A program made the translations under genes and the position numbers. A stretch of DNA of 50,409 nt, filler included, from Dimargaris cristalligena (lineage: Eukaryota), in the NCBI GenBank assembly GCA_003614675.1. It is 2 parts of 2 records of this genome, joined end to end, with 100 filler letters (N's around TTAATTAATTAA, not from the genome) between each part and the next. Parts side by side here need not be neighbours in the genome. Positions count along the whole stretch, not along the records: positions 1 to 25,164 come from ML002568.1; 1 more part is not named here. The stretch is one strand, 5' to 3'. How positions within the stretch are numbered: position 1 is the stretch's first letter; each line of letters opens with the position of its first letter. Below, one piece after another: positions 1-11,821 of the stretch. The notes beneath the pieces are model-generated. The model searched no databases. It was not told the DNA's origin and worked only from the letters and a program-made list of their open reading frames with translations.

Positions 1-60
1 ATCTATCTTTTCAAATAAAGTTCAGTTTTCAAGGATTTGATTTCAGTTCTTTACATTAGG
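1..60 (+). repeat. Dispersed repeat; inverted copy at 25056-25115
   Basis: Reverse complement of 1-60 matches 25056-25115 at 54/60 positions; 5 of 6 differences are transitions. Confidence 0.85.
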
Positions 61-3000
61 TCTTATAACACAATATTAACCCTCCCATAGTCACCCCCAG
101 TACTATGGTATCATCATTTATTATATAACCCTTCTTCTTCCAGCCCCAATACTTTACACAAAACACTCCACATGCTGATCCCAAGACTCTTCTGGTTCCC
201 ATGAGAGTCTTCCAGATAAAGAAGCCATCTGGTCAGTCTATTTATCTATACCATAGTTTAGTAGTATCTCCCTTAGGACCTCCCTGGAGCTGTCCCCACA
301 TATATATAACTGGGCCCCATTATGGACTGGCTTGATTCCTTAGCTTATTCATATCCCCCAGTTTACCTCAATAGACTCTATATATGCTCATCCCCTCATA
401 CTAACTAGTAAGTGTGCCTACTACATGTCCCTTGCATATACCTACACTTATCCTTTATTAGTTAGTACTGCACCCCCATCCTAATGCTAGTAGCCCACTT
501 GGCTGAGTCTAAGCCCCACCTACCATTAGAAACCTATCCTCAGGACTCTTAACAAACCAAGAGTGGTTAACCTGGGTGACACTATGTGTCATTAGTTTCA
601 AAAGGAGCCCAATATTTATATGGGTTTCTAACAATGTATGTTATTTTTTGAGGTGAAGGCTACTTTTGTTACCTGCTATGATGTGGTTAGTAAAATGGTA
701 TCATTGGGCAATTAATTGGGGCTAGCCTTATGGCACCATCTAATTATCACCAGAGTACCAGATATTGGGCACTATCAATGCCTATTATTGAGAACAACCT
801 ATTCTATACCTTGGGATAAATGAAAAAGGCAATGTAATTGCCATCAAAGGAAGAGGGGTTGATATATCCTAGTTTCTGATCAACATCTGAAGGATAAGTA
901 GCCCATGGTAGATGTAAAGCAAGGTTAGGAACATAAGAGGAAGCAGTGCCACTACACCAGTATATAGGAACAGTATTGGATATTTCATAACATTACACAG
1001 ACAGGTTTTTATTACCATACAAATTCAGAAAGCAGCTTGCATCATCATTTTCACTTGGTGGTAAGCCAGAGTAAGGCTGAAGCCATTTCACTCAAAACAG
1101 GTTCAGGTGAGTCACGGGTTTAACCAGCTACATTAGAATGGGCAGTTGTTTGTGGCCATTGTTCCTATTTGTGTGTATATTATTATATTACAGCACCACC
1201 CAACATTATACTTTTTGTCCCCAGCTGTGGGTGGCCTATTCTTACCAGTGAAGGGCAGAAAAAGATGCTGTATCCAGCAACCACATCAAGCCCTACTAGT
1301 TTCCACCATATCCCACTCTCCAGGCTAATGGGTAGGTGAATTTCCCCCTCCTGAATAGGTTATCTGGACTAAGGCATAGCTGACTGTTAGCCCTGCATCA
1401 ATGACACTATTCCTGAAACCATTTGCATTGAATTTATATTGCTGACTTTGTATTTAAAAGTATGGCCTTTATCTCTATTGCATTTTCCAAACTCTCCTCT
1501 TCTTTAGCCCTTTGGTTAAATGCTCTTAAGCAATGACCTAGATTAGTTTGTAAAAAAGTAATATTATAAGTAACTGGTAGAATTCCCTCCCCTTTGAAGA
1601 GTGCAATTGTATATTTCTTGGATTCCATCATTGGTTGTGCCACCTCAATTATTGCCACTTACTCTTTAACAAAGCTTGTTACTTATATTATACAGTTTAT
1701 TTTGTAATTAACAGTAACAATATAAAATAGGTATTCCAAATTAACATCAATTGATATTCACCTATTCCTATCCTGTACAATGACCACATCCACCCCTGCC
1801 TCTGTGTCTTCCAACCTAGCAAATGTCTCACTGGCAGCTGCTAGGGAGCCACCCTCCATAACTTTGGGCCAGACCAATTTGGATGCAGCATCCTCCTGTC
1901 AAGTCCCTAAGTCAAGTGGCTTGAGACCATACTCCAGCAACCGTACAGAAGTGTAGTACCACTTGGTGGTCAGCACTTTTCTCTAAACTATGGGTGACTT
2001 GTCTGTACCAGTGAAGGGTGGATAATTCTGGGATACACAATGGCCACATCATTTCCACCATTCTCCCACTGACTATGCTGTTCTTGCAGTGAACACACCA
2101 TTAATGGTATCATAATTACTACATAGTTACTCTACCAGGTTGTATTTAATAGTCTGTTTTTCTTACCTTGCATTCAAAAGTCAGACTTATTTCTGAGTAT
2201 TTCTGATCCATTCCATTTTTTCTTGTTGGTTTTTTTTGTGGCATTCTAATAAACCAGCAGCCTCCAAAAGCCCTCTAAAGGGTACATAAGTAACCAGTAG
2301 AATCCCCCACTCCTTGAGAGGTTGTCATCACCCACACAGTTGAATTATCATATTATTCTGATCCTATTGTGTCCTTTTTTACCTCAAACTTTCCTTCAAA
2401 TGCTCTGGTTCCATTAGCTTTGCAATAAATTGGGATATCCATCCCTTTTACTCCCACCCCTTCTTGTTTGGTCACTTGTCCACTCCCATCTACTGCCTTG
2501 ACTATGCCCACTATCATTACTATCTCATCCAACTTGGCAAGCCTCCCAACTTCTGCCATTAGAGAGCCACCCTCCACATCTTTAGGTCATGTCAATAGGG
2601 GGACCATTCCCCCACTAGGATTCCAAAGGCCAATAATGCAAGGCCAGACACCAATTGCAGTACAAAAGCATACCTACTGTCCTACAGGGCTAATTCTGAG
2701 TTGAATAATTATGTAGTCACTCATAGTATCAAGGTTATCAAAAGACTCTAACTGGCCATCCAATTAAAGCTAACACTAGACTGGTTACTATCTATTTATC
2801 ATATTCCCTTCTCTTAGCATGGTGTTGGACTATCTAATCCACTTTAATCTGGCCAGCTTAGACATCCAACTATATTAGGGCTTATAGCACCATATTTGCT
2901 TTCCCATAGTCACACCTGATACTATGGGGTTATTACTTATCATATAACCTTCCCCTGGCCTGGCCCCACACATTTGTATTACTGTGAAGTACAAGATTAG

Positions 3001-3900
3001 GGAAAGCTTATTTTCTATTGATTGTATCTGGTATGATCATTTCCATATTAATTTATATTGTTACAACAGAGGTGAAGCCATTACCTTAATGATATACACC
3101 ATTGTTACTACTGTTGTGGTTGCACTTAATACCACAAGGTAATATAGCCTGATAACCTTATCAGGGCTGACTGGAGCAGTCTCAGTCTGGTGGAAAAACT
3201 AACTAACTAAGGAAAATATGCACTCGGCGGGGACAATTCTTATCTGATCTTTAGATAGGGACAACTAGGGTAACTGGGGATTACATAGGGATCCTTCCAG
3301 TATACAGCAGATAAGGTGCAATGAATGAGCTTGGGCCAAATAGATGATAGGGATAGAGCAAGACCAGTAGATCAAAATAACTAACTGGTAAACTATACTT
3401 AATGTAAACACTGCCTGTTTATTAGGAGACTACCCAATGGGTATTTATATGAAATGTAATAAAGAAGACCACCAATGTTGGTGGCTTTGAAGGTACTAAG
3501 TCTGGGGATACACCCCAGACTTCTATAACTACAAGATCCTCGAGTTATGAATAAAAACTATGAATACTGAATATAGAATATAGAATACTGGAAAAATGGC
3601 CTAGCCATTGAATGGCTTATTAATGGGTGGGAAAAGATGAATATGGACCTTTAGTGATGTTCTTTATCTTTTCTAAACTAAAAATAGTTTAGCTGGGATA
3701 TGCTATTAGATATTAAGCAGGCCCGGCCCCAACACTACTGAAACCATGGGCAGAAATCAACTACTGATAATGAAGTCCAATAATGGAAAATAGAGGTTGT
3801 CAATGACAAATAGCCATCACTGGTGACCATGTGAACAACCCGGTAATATTACAAGAACCCTTCATATCCCAATGTTTTATTTAAACCCACCTTTTTCCTC
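1..3900 (-). mobile_element. CpG-depleted, mutationally decayed repeat/coding relic of unknown family, with internal duplications
   Basis: Only two CpG seen by eye in 1-3200 (1115, 1942). Minus-strand frames read as protein broken by stops. Diverged internal copies: 81-150 vs 2901-2971 and ~1245-1880 vs ~2008-2600 (WPKVMEGGSL vs *PKDVEGGSL; GILPVTY vs GILLVTY). Confidence 0.6.
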
Positions 3901-4778
3901 CCTGATTTGGGAAGAACGAATCTGAGCACAATTATAACCATGAGTATAATTTCCTAGCCATTATTATCTTATCATTCTTTACAATTATTCACTCCCAAGT
4001 ATTTCTTATAAATTATTGTATAAACCAGTTTTTGAATAGTTCTTTAAAGTAGACCGTTTGTTTACTTATCAGAGAAGGGTCCACGAAGGTGAAGCTGCAA
4101 GTAACCAGGATTCCTTGAGCTCGTTTATATTAGCCCGATTCTATTTGATTCTTTTTTATAAATAATTTTAATACTCGTTAAATATCCTTATGTCTCGAAT
4201 GTCCCACCACCGTTCTGTCTTTCCGAGGGAGACAGAGTCCCCATCAGCACCACCCTCACTGCCACCGTCTTACCCTCGGTCACCGCTTGAGCGGTTGTTT
4301 GGACCGGCCTCTCCGGCGTGATCTGGTGCGCCTCCACCTGGTGGGGCCACGTCGAACCCTCCTGGATCCCCAGGTCGCATCAATACACTTGCATGATTAA
4401 CTATTGGGTTAAACCTCCCCTCTACTGAATTTCACCAGACTCATACCATTTAGAATTTTCCGAGGCATAGTAATAGTGTAGGATTGATTTAGGAAATAAA
4501 ATATTAATGTTAAGTATAAATCCCCAAACGGTGGCTCGAAGATATAATTTACTCTATAATGAAACCATTAGCTGTTGGAAGGGGGGTCCCAAGCCAAATC
4601 CAGCCAGGGTGTTGAAGACTCCGTAATAAAAATGGATAGTTGATATATAGATATATAAATATAGACGGCAGAACATGTAGCGAACAAATATTTTAAATAA
4701 TGAATTCGTTAAATCCAGTATTTACGAATGTTCACTGAATCCTAGTCGAGTCTCCCTTGAAGGGGGGGTTGCATAAGC

Positions 4779-6140
4779 CTATCCAGATGAGGCAGGCATA
4801 TCGCCCGGTGGGTATGTATTAATGACATATTCGATTTCCTCCCGAAGGTCTTCACAGATACGGTCCAACGGCAAGTCATTCAAGTCGTACCCAAAGGGGT
4901 TTTCAATTTCCCGCCCAATCCCATCAATGCCGAAGAGCATGAAGGCCACTGCAGTGACCAGGGGGATCATGAGGTAATGTAGATCAATGAGGGTGAAGGG
5001 CAGCAAGAAACAGTACAAGTAGAGGGATTGCTTGAGATGCACCCGGTAGGCCAGGGGAATGGGGGTCAGAAGGATACGTTCCAAGTTGGTGAAGCTATCA
5101 TGCATGTTGGCCAGGGTGGTATTGAGGATATTGCCGGTTTGCGGGTCAATGTTGTTCGCCTGGCGTTGGCGGAATACGTAGCGGTTAATGCGGAACAGAA
5201 TCTGGGCCGGCAGGGCAAGGGAATGGGCCGTAGCAATGAGGTTGTATTGGGGAATCATGGCCGTGCTGTCCAATAACAGCCGGGTCTCTTCATTGCTATG
5301 CTCCGAGTAATACCGGCGGGAGTGACGGGAAGTACCAATTTCGTCCGACTGGGAAGTAAACTTGCGGGGACGACCCGAGAATTTACGAAGGCCCACGCGG
5401 TTGAAGCGCCTAAAATCGCCCGGAGCGGATGTCGCAGGGGAGCCGGGAGTGCCGGCCCGGGTGGCTTGGTCAAGTGGGGAATCGAAGTAGGTCGTGGAGT
5501 CACGGCGGGTCGAAGTCTCACCCACGGCGTGTGGGTGGGTGTTGATGAAGGGACTAATGCTGGACGTTCCCGCGGCCACTTCGATGATAGCCTCAGGGGT
5601 ACTTGGCCCCTCATGCCGACCCGTGCACGCTCCACTTTCCAAGTAATGGCGCCGAAACTCCTCGGGAATCAAATCCTCCAGGTCCTCATAATCAATTCCG
5701 TTTTCCCCCCTCAAGTAATGCTTGGTCGCCACAACGTAGGCCACCAAGTACCGGATCATCTGGGCCTTCTCCTGGATTTCCTCGGGGGTCTTGGCGGGCA
5801 CGCCCAGCCAAACGATACGGGTAATGTTGCGCACCGCGGTTTTCAGCTGCGACCAGACGCGGCGCCCTTCTTTGAAACTATCGTGGGCGGTGTTGCTACG
5901 GAACACGAGGAGCAAACCCAGCACGACTGAAAAGGAACCCACCAGTGTGTTGGGCAGACCGATGCGGGAACTGAGGCGGTCATTGGCAACTGCAACCGCG
6001 GTGGCAAACAAGGTGACACTGAGGACGTTGGGGAGAATGGTTAAGATTATGGAACCACGCACCCGGAGGGCATCGGGATAGGAGAAAATAGTTTCGAAGA
6101 AACTGGGGACCCGGTTGGCCGGGATAGAACTCTCGTACAT
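4779..6140 (-). CDS. Bestrophin / RFP-TM (UPF0187) family chloride channel, 453 aa, intronless
   Basis: Motifs LGLLLVFRSNTAHDSFKEGRRVW, LERILLTPIPLAYRVHL and GIDGIGREIENPFGYDLNDLPLD are typical of the family. Confidence 0.9.
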   Translation of the reverse strand: MYESSIPANRVPSFFETIFSYPDALRVRGSIILTILPNVLSVTLFATAVAVANDRLSSRIGLPNTLVGSFSVVLGLLLVFRSNTAHDSFKEGRRVWSQLKTAVRNITRIVWLGVPAKTPEEIQEKAQMIRYLVAYVVATKHYLRGENGIDYEDLEDLIPEEFRRHYLESGACTGRHEGPSTPEAIIEVAAGTSSISPFINTHPHAVGETSTRRDSTTYFDSPLDQATRAGTPGSPATSAPGDFRRFNRVGLRKFSGRPRKFTSQSDEIGTSRHSRRYYSEHSNEETRLLLDSTAMIPQYNLIATAHSLALPAQILFRINRYVFRQRQANNIDPQTGNILNTTLANMHDSFTNLERILLTPIPLAYRVHLKQSLYLYCFLLPFTLIDLHYLMIPLVTAVAFMLFGIDGIGREIENPFGYDLNDLPLDRICEDLREEIEYVINTYPPGDMPASSG

Positions 6141-8076
6141 GGCGCTGGTGGTTAGAGCAGGTCTACGATGAAGAGAGACGGGGCCGCTGCAAGGGGAGAG
6201 GCAACACTAGTACCAAATGGTGAGTTACAGGGACTTGGGGCAAGGACAAATGGGGACTATAATAAAGTATGGTACTGCCGGCAGGAGTAGAGGAATAAAG
6301 GGCAAGTATCCAAACGAGGGGTAAATTAAGTGCCCCAAGGACAAAGCGGCAGTAATAGTGAAAAGCGCAGGCCAAAAGTTGGGCGGATATAAGAACTGAA
6401 CACCCCCTTGTGAAGTGGGCGGACATGGTTGGGTATTTAATAGTATTGCGGACAGGATGGACTGTACTCCAGCTGGCCTTGCATCATTGTCCTTCTCAGC
6501 CATGTCTTGCATCGCTTCTGGATGCTGGTCGGAGTCCTAAACGGGGGCTGAATCACATACTCTTGCTGACCTGGTTGGTGCTGATCCCCCGGCGAGATTT
6601 CCCACTCCCTAGGGAAGGCGAAAGCGCGGACTGTTCATTAGACAATATTAGGGGCTAATAAGCCAGTCTGGTACGCTGTTGAAGGACGGGGAAGTGGCCC
6701 AAGGATCATCAGTTTGTGCAGAAAAAACCAGAAACCAACTGCCGAAATGAACAACAATGTCCAAACTGGAAATATTGGTTCAATTCGATACGCTGGAGAA
6801 TATCCGCAAATACCAATTATTCTTGCTCTACCATTAACTCTATATCGCCATAATGGGAAGAAGAAACTCCCACAATGACAGACATGGTGCAGGATATACT
6901 AATATTTTATAATGGATATTGGCTAAATAACAGGCCTATGCTTTATCAAGGATACTCATAATGTACCCAAAATCGGATTTTACAATGCAGACTATACATT
7001 CACAATATAGTCAAAAGTACCACCTGATCGCACTGAAAGCTATGACCCAATGTTCGTCCGAACCCAGTCATAAGGATAGAAGTATCCCCAGTAGAAGCTC
7101 GATTTTAGTTACAATAATGGCAGGTGCGGGTATTTCACCTACTATTCATCCATGCCAGTGGATGGTGCTGTCCGTGGTACAAATTAGTGACTACGGGACT
7201 GGATGAACTGGCTTGTGAGTCTAGGGGTATAGTAGCACTGAAATGGTGGGCATGTTAGGAACCTCTTTAGTGGAGAATGGTGTTAGTGGAATACAGGCCC
7301 CGAGTCTACCGCAAACCCCATACTACTTGGAAGGGGCGCCCGCCTAACATGGCGATACATGGGTAGGATAGTAGTAATTAAGTAGATATGTATTCGCAAT
7401 AAAACCAAATGTACATGTGTCGGTGGAATATTGAAATTGTAATAACAGATGACATATTGATTAGGGTGCCGGAGAAAACCCCATTTTTATAAAAACTAGT
7501 TACATTTATCTTTGGGGAATCCCGGAACTTATAACCAGGGTCCATTAATTACTTGATTACATGTGCAGAAATGGTCTTTAAGTTCAGTATTAGCACTACC
7601 TAACTAGGAAAAAATGTGGAAGGCCACTTTTGGAACATAATATTACCTGTACTATTACAATCTGACACTCTGCCTTAACTAGCATCACATTGGGTATGGT
7701 GCTGTCATAAGTATCATTTACCGACCCTTTGGAGTAACATTTGTTGACCTACCCTGCTGGTTTTCATTATTAACCCAAGAGCGTTCTGGATCCCACTGAA
7801 GTTTTTTGAATATCAGCTGATATCACCCAGTGACTTGTGTCTCACTCGTAGGTGTCAATTCTGCAGATATCCCTCCTCCATACACACAACCAATACATGT
7901 CTATTATGACTTGTCTAGAATAGTCCGTCCCTATAATGAGAGAGTTTATTATTCAGAAAATAGCGAAGCTATTTCATTAACATGCTAAGTATAGTACACA
8001 TTGTTCGGTAAATTAAATCGGGATCCATAAGGACTGACTGGTCCTCATATTTCAGCCCCATACCTCCCCTCCGGGT

Positions 8077-9852
8077 TCACAGCTGCTGCTTTTGTAACCA
8101 GGTGTTAAGCATCGCCAAGCTAGCCGCCGGTTGGTAGGCCGGAACCTCGTGCCCCGCCTCGCTAATTTTGAGATAAGTAAAGTGGCGGAACGATCGAATA
8201 TGCCCCTGTACATGATCTTGCGGAGACCACGGTCGCCAGGTCTGGGCCTCGAAACCGGCCTGACCGGACCATTGGGCGGCCTGGGCAACGGCCAATGTTC
8301 CGAGCCAGTTGCAAATAAAATCGGCGTCGCCGGTGTACATAAGGATGGGCAGGCCCATCTCCAGAAGGGAACCCAAAGCCTGCAGCGGCTCTCGTCCCGC
8401 CCTATTGTAAATTTGCATTAATATAGGTGGTAATTAAGTAGCGGAACAGAAAGTTAGATTCGGCACCTGGGACTCTAAATGATAATACCGAATTAGCTAT
8501 TTGGTTTCGATCCCGAGTATTTGACGGCGGCGAGTGTAATAGACTATACCACGGAAGAATACACCAGACTAATAAGTGATAAACATAAAAAGAGGCACTT
8601 ACCAATCACCCCGGCGTTCAAAGTCACGGTACACCTCATCGTTACAATCGGTGTAGCTGCGGTGAACTCCCAATTCGGCCTGCACATCCGGTCGGTTAAG
8701 GTAGCCCTTGTAATCCACTGGTACCGGCCGGGCCGCCGCCCGCACGTCGTAGATGGTTGTGTGATTAGTGTACCTAAAACTAAAATGAGCACAGTACCGC
8801 TTAGCTTGTCGGCAACGGTGAAGATCGCGGGATTGGTGGCAGGATTCGAGGGCTCGGAGACAGACGGGGGTATGGGCCGCCAGGTCGGCGCATTGGGCGG
8901 GGGTAAACAAAGTAGTCGGTCCGCTTGGAGAGGGTGGCTCGGAGTGGGGTTGGAGGGGGGCTTTACAGGCCATGGTGTAATAACTAGGGATTTGGGTGAG
9001 GAAGTCCAGCAAACCGTTGCCGATGCCAATACTGGCCAACCGAATGGGGAAAATCTGGCTACGCAGGTGGTCGTGGGGTTTGACGAAGGGTAGGCGAATA
9101 TAGTCGCGGTAGGGTATGGGCTGCCGTTGATTGAGGGTCAGGATATGCTGCGCTAGAATCGGAAGGTAGTGACCCGCGTAAGATTCCCCGAATAGGTGGA
9201 GTGGGCTATCCCGGTACTGGGGGAAACGATGATAAAAGGCCTGAAGGAAACTAATTAAATCCAACGCGGCTTCAGTGGAAGTGCCGACTGGCTGGGCGTT
9301 GGGGTCGTTAAATGGCGCGGGCGTACGGTAGGAAAATCCCGTATTCGAGGGTTGGTCAATAAAGAGCAGGTTGGCTCGTTTATTCCACGCATGAGTTCGG
9401 GGCCGGACCTTTTGATGGTCTTGCGGATCTATCTGACAGGGCCCAAGTTCCTCGAACAGCCCCACCGTCCCGGCACACCCCGGTCCACCGCTCAACCATA
9501 ACACTAGCGGGTCATTCGGGGGATCCAACTCCGACTCAAATAGCCAGAAGAACGTGTGGCGGGTATCATTGGCGAAATCGAGATATCCGGCGTAATGGTG
9601 GGTGTGATTAGTGCATAAACGGGGTTCCCGGATACGGAAGCTGCCGTCTAAATGGATGCCGCTATTGAGGGGAAGGGAAGGCTGGAATTGGAGCTGCATG
9701 ACGGTGGCAAAGGACACGTGGTGGGAAATATGGGGGGCGTAAAAAACGTGGAGCCAAACGATAGCGAGGCTACCGATAATACATAGAGTGATCCGGATGG
9801 CTTTCGAACGCCATGCCTTGGGCTCGTAAAGGAGGGAATAGTTGACGGACAT
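8077..9852 (-). CDS. Serine carboxypeptidase, peptidase S10 (CPY-like); exons 9852-8603 and 8401-8077
   Basis: LWLSGGPGC, GESYAG (Ser), GDADFICNW (Asp), AGHEVP (His). Intron 8602-8402 (GTAAGT...TAG) joins the two ORFs in frame (GDW-AGREP). N-terminal hydrophobic segment present. Confidence 0.9.
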
Positions 9853-11821
9853 CTATAGGATTACAATACAGCTCAAAATATGGAACTGGGGCCTAGAATA
9901 GAGTAAAGCTAGAGGTTAGAAAAAATGTAAGTAAAGTTGATTTCATCAATTGAACCTATAAAAAAACATAGGGGCGGTCAGCGGATGGGCCCACACGTGT
10001 TATATATCGCCAACGGGGCTGATGTAAATAAGGTATAATACCCTCTCTGGCATAAAGAAATTAAAAAGTGAATGACGGGGGGACGAAATACCCCCAGACT
10101 GTTTTTTGTACTGTTACTGGCTTAGAGAGGGATTGGGCAGACGATGGTTGAAATATACGCCTTTTTGGGCTGATGGCCAAATCAAGCGACCTTCGGCCCA
10201 ATGAAGGTACTATTAGTAGGTCCCATACATGTCCTTATTAGAGTGAGTCAGCATCCCTAATGATGTAAAGTATCTAGTGCAATATGAAAAGGAGCTAGGC
10301 CACTGCATCCATCCACCCAAAAATTATTACTACCCCCTTTATCACGATGATCCATTCACTGGCCAGTCTCCCCCATCCTTATCGCCAAAGGGTAGTCAAA
10401 CTAGATTATATCGATTAGTCCAGACTGGCTCAGACTGCAGCCCCCCCCTTCTCTGCGTTACTGATGCCACTAAACACGACTAGGCCATACTAACAAAGCC
10501 ATCCCAGGAAGAGGGGGGATTTAGGATTGGGGGGCGACTGCCCAAGAAAGAGCACACACCTCTAAGCATTTACAGTGCGCCTGCTCAGCTCGAGGAGACA
10601 CACCACGGCCCTGACGCCATGTTTGGCTGAATGGAATGAACCACAGTCGATTGGCCCAGGGGTCAACCACGACTAATGTATACGGATGGACTAGCAATGG
10701 TCTTTGCGGTTGGCTGCATTGGACTGAATTATCAATCCAATAGAGAATGCGCGAGAGGGTTAGGAAAGGGGGGCGACGCCAGCAGTAAGATGGAGGGGGC
10801 GCAAACCCAATCAATCAGTGCATGTCCCTGCTGGCTTATGAGACAGTCAAGTCTCCCAGGATTTCCAAAAACCAGATTGGGCCGATGGGTGTCGCCGGTA
10901 GTTATACCCCATTACAATTAAGTTTTTCCGGAGGTGCGCTGCACTTTAAGGCTGAATGGATTAGAAAGGAACGATACAATCCGTTTATACTGTTGAGAAA
11001 CGGGGTTAACTGAACGCCAATCGCTACAAACTAGACTACTTACTGTAGGTAATAGCATCCGGTATTCTCGATTAACATTACTTCTCGAGATCAATATATG
11101 CCAGGATACCGACTTTATCAACCCCATGCACCTGAGACTATTGAGCAACAGCGCGACCATCTAGTTTGGGTCAATAGCAGCTAAACCCGGAGAGAGTTGA
11201 TATTACTACTAATACACCAACAAGGTCTTTTTTATATATCTATTTTGGATAACTGCGAAGACCCCAATTACTACTGTGCCATGTCATATACCGCCTAAGT
11301 GAACTAATATTGTGTAAATAGAACAATGATAAATGCCTACCCAATCAGGAACTGAGGAGGAACAAAACAAACCAGAACATAACAAAATAAAATATACCAA
11401 AAAGGCACTACTAGGTTATCAAATCAACATCGCATACTTCATACTAATGTAGTGAACAAAAAGTATCACAATGGGGCTACTAGCACAATAACCATTAGAA
11501 GAGGGAGTAAGCCATAATATAATCAGCGCGGTAGCTCAGTACCCTAGCTGCCATAAGTATGTGTTATATTTAAAAGTGAATAAGTGTATGCAACAATAAT
11601 AGTTGGGGAAGTAAACCCCGTCACATAGGACCAGACGAGCAAAGCGGTGACATATATATGTAGATATATATATTTATATCTGATCATGAAAAGCATGCCA
11701 AAATAACGAATAAATACCCTCTTCATTCACAATAAATGTGTGGATGGGGACGTAAGCTGAACAATAGGAAAAAAGCACACGCACTCACTACGACTATTTG
11801 GCGTGCCTCTCCCCCCTTTCT

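Noticed and set aside
2983-3853. TG...CA-bounded AT-rich stretch that could be a solo LTR
   Set aside because: No TSD, partner LTR or PBS found; kept within the general relic region.
4190-4321. Short Pro-rich ORF in a GC-rich island (MSRMSHHRSVFP...)
   Set aside because: Under 50 codons with no recognisable homology or other support.
7251-7351. 9-bp inverted repeat CATGTTAGG...CCTAACATG with LTR/MITE-like ends
   Set aside because: Only ~100 bp, no target-site duplication and no second copy in the window.
11526-11545. GCGCGGTAGCTCAGT resembles a tRNA 5' end/A-box
   Set aside because: No T-arm (GTTC) or matching acceptor stem downstream.
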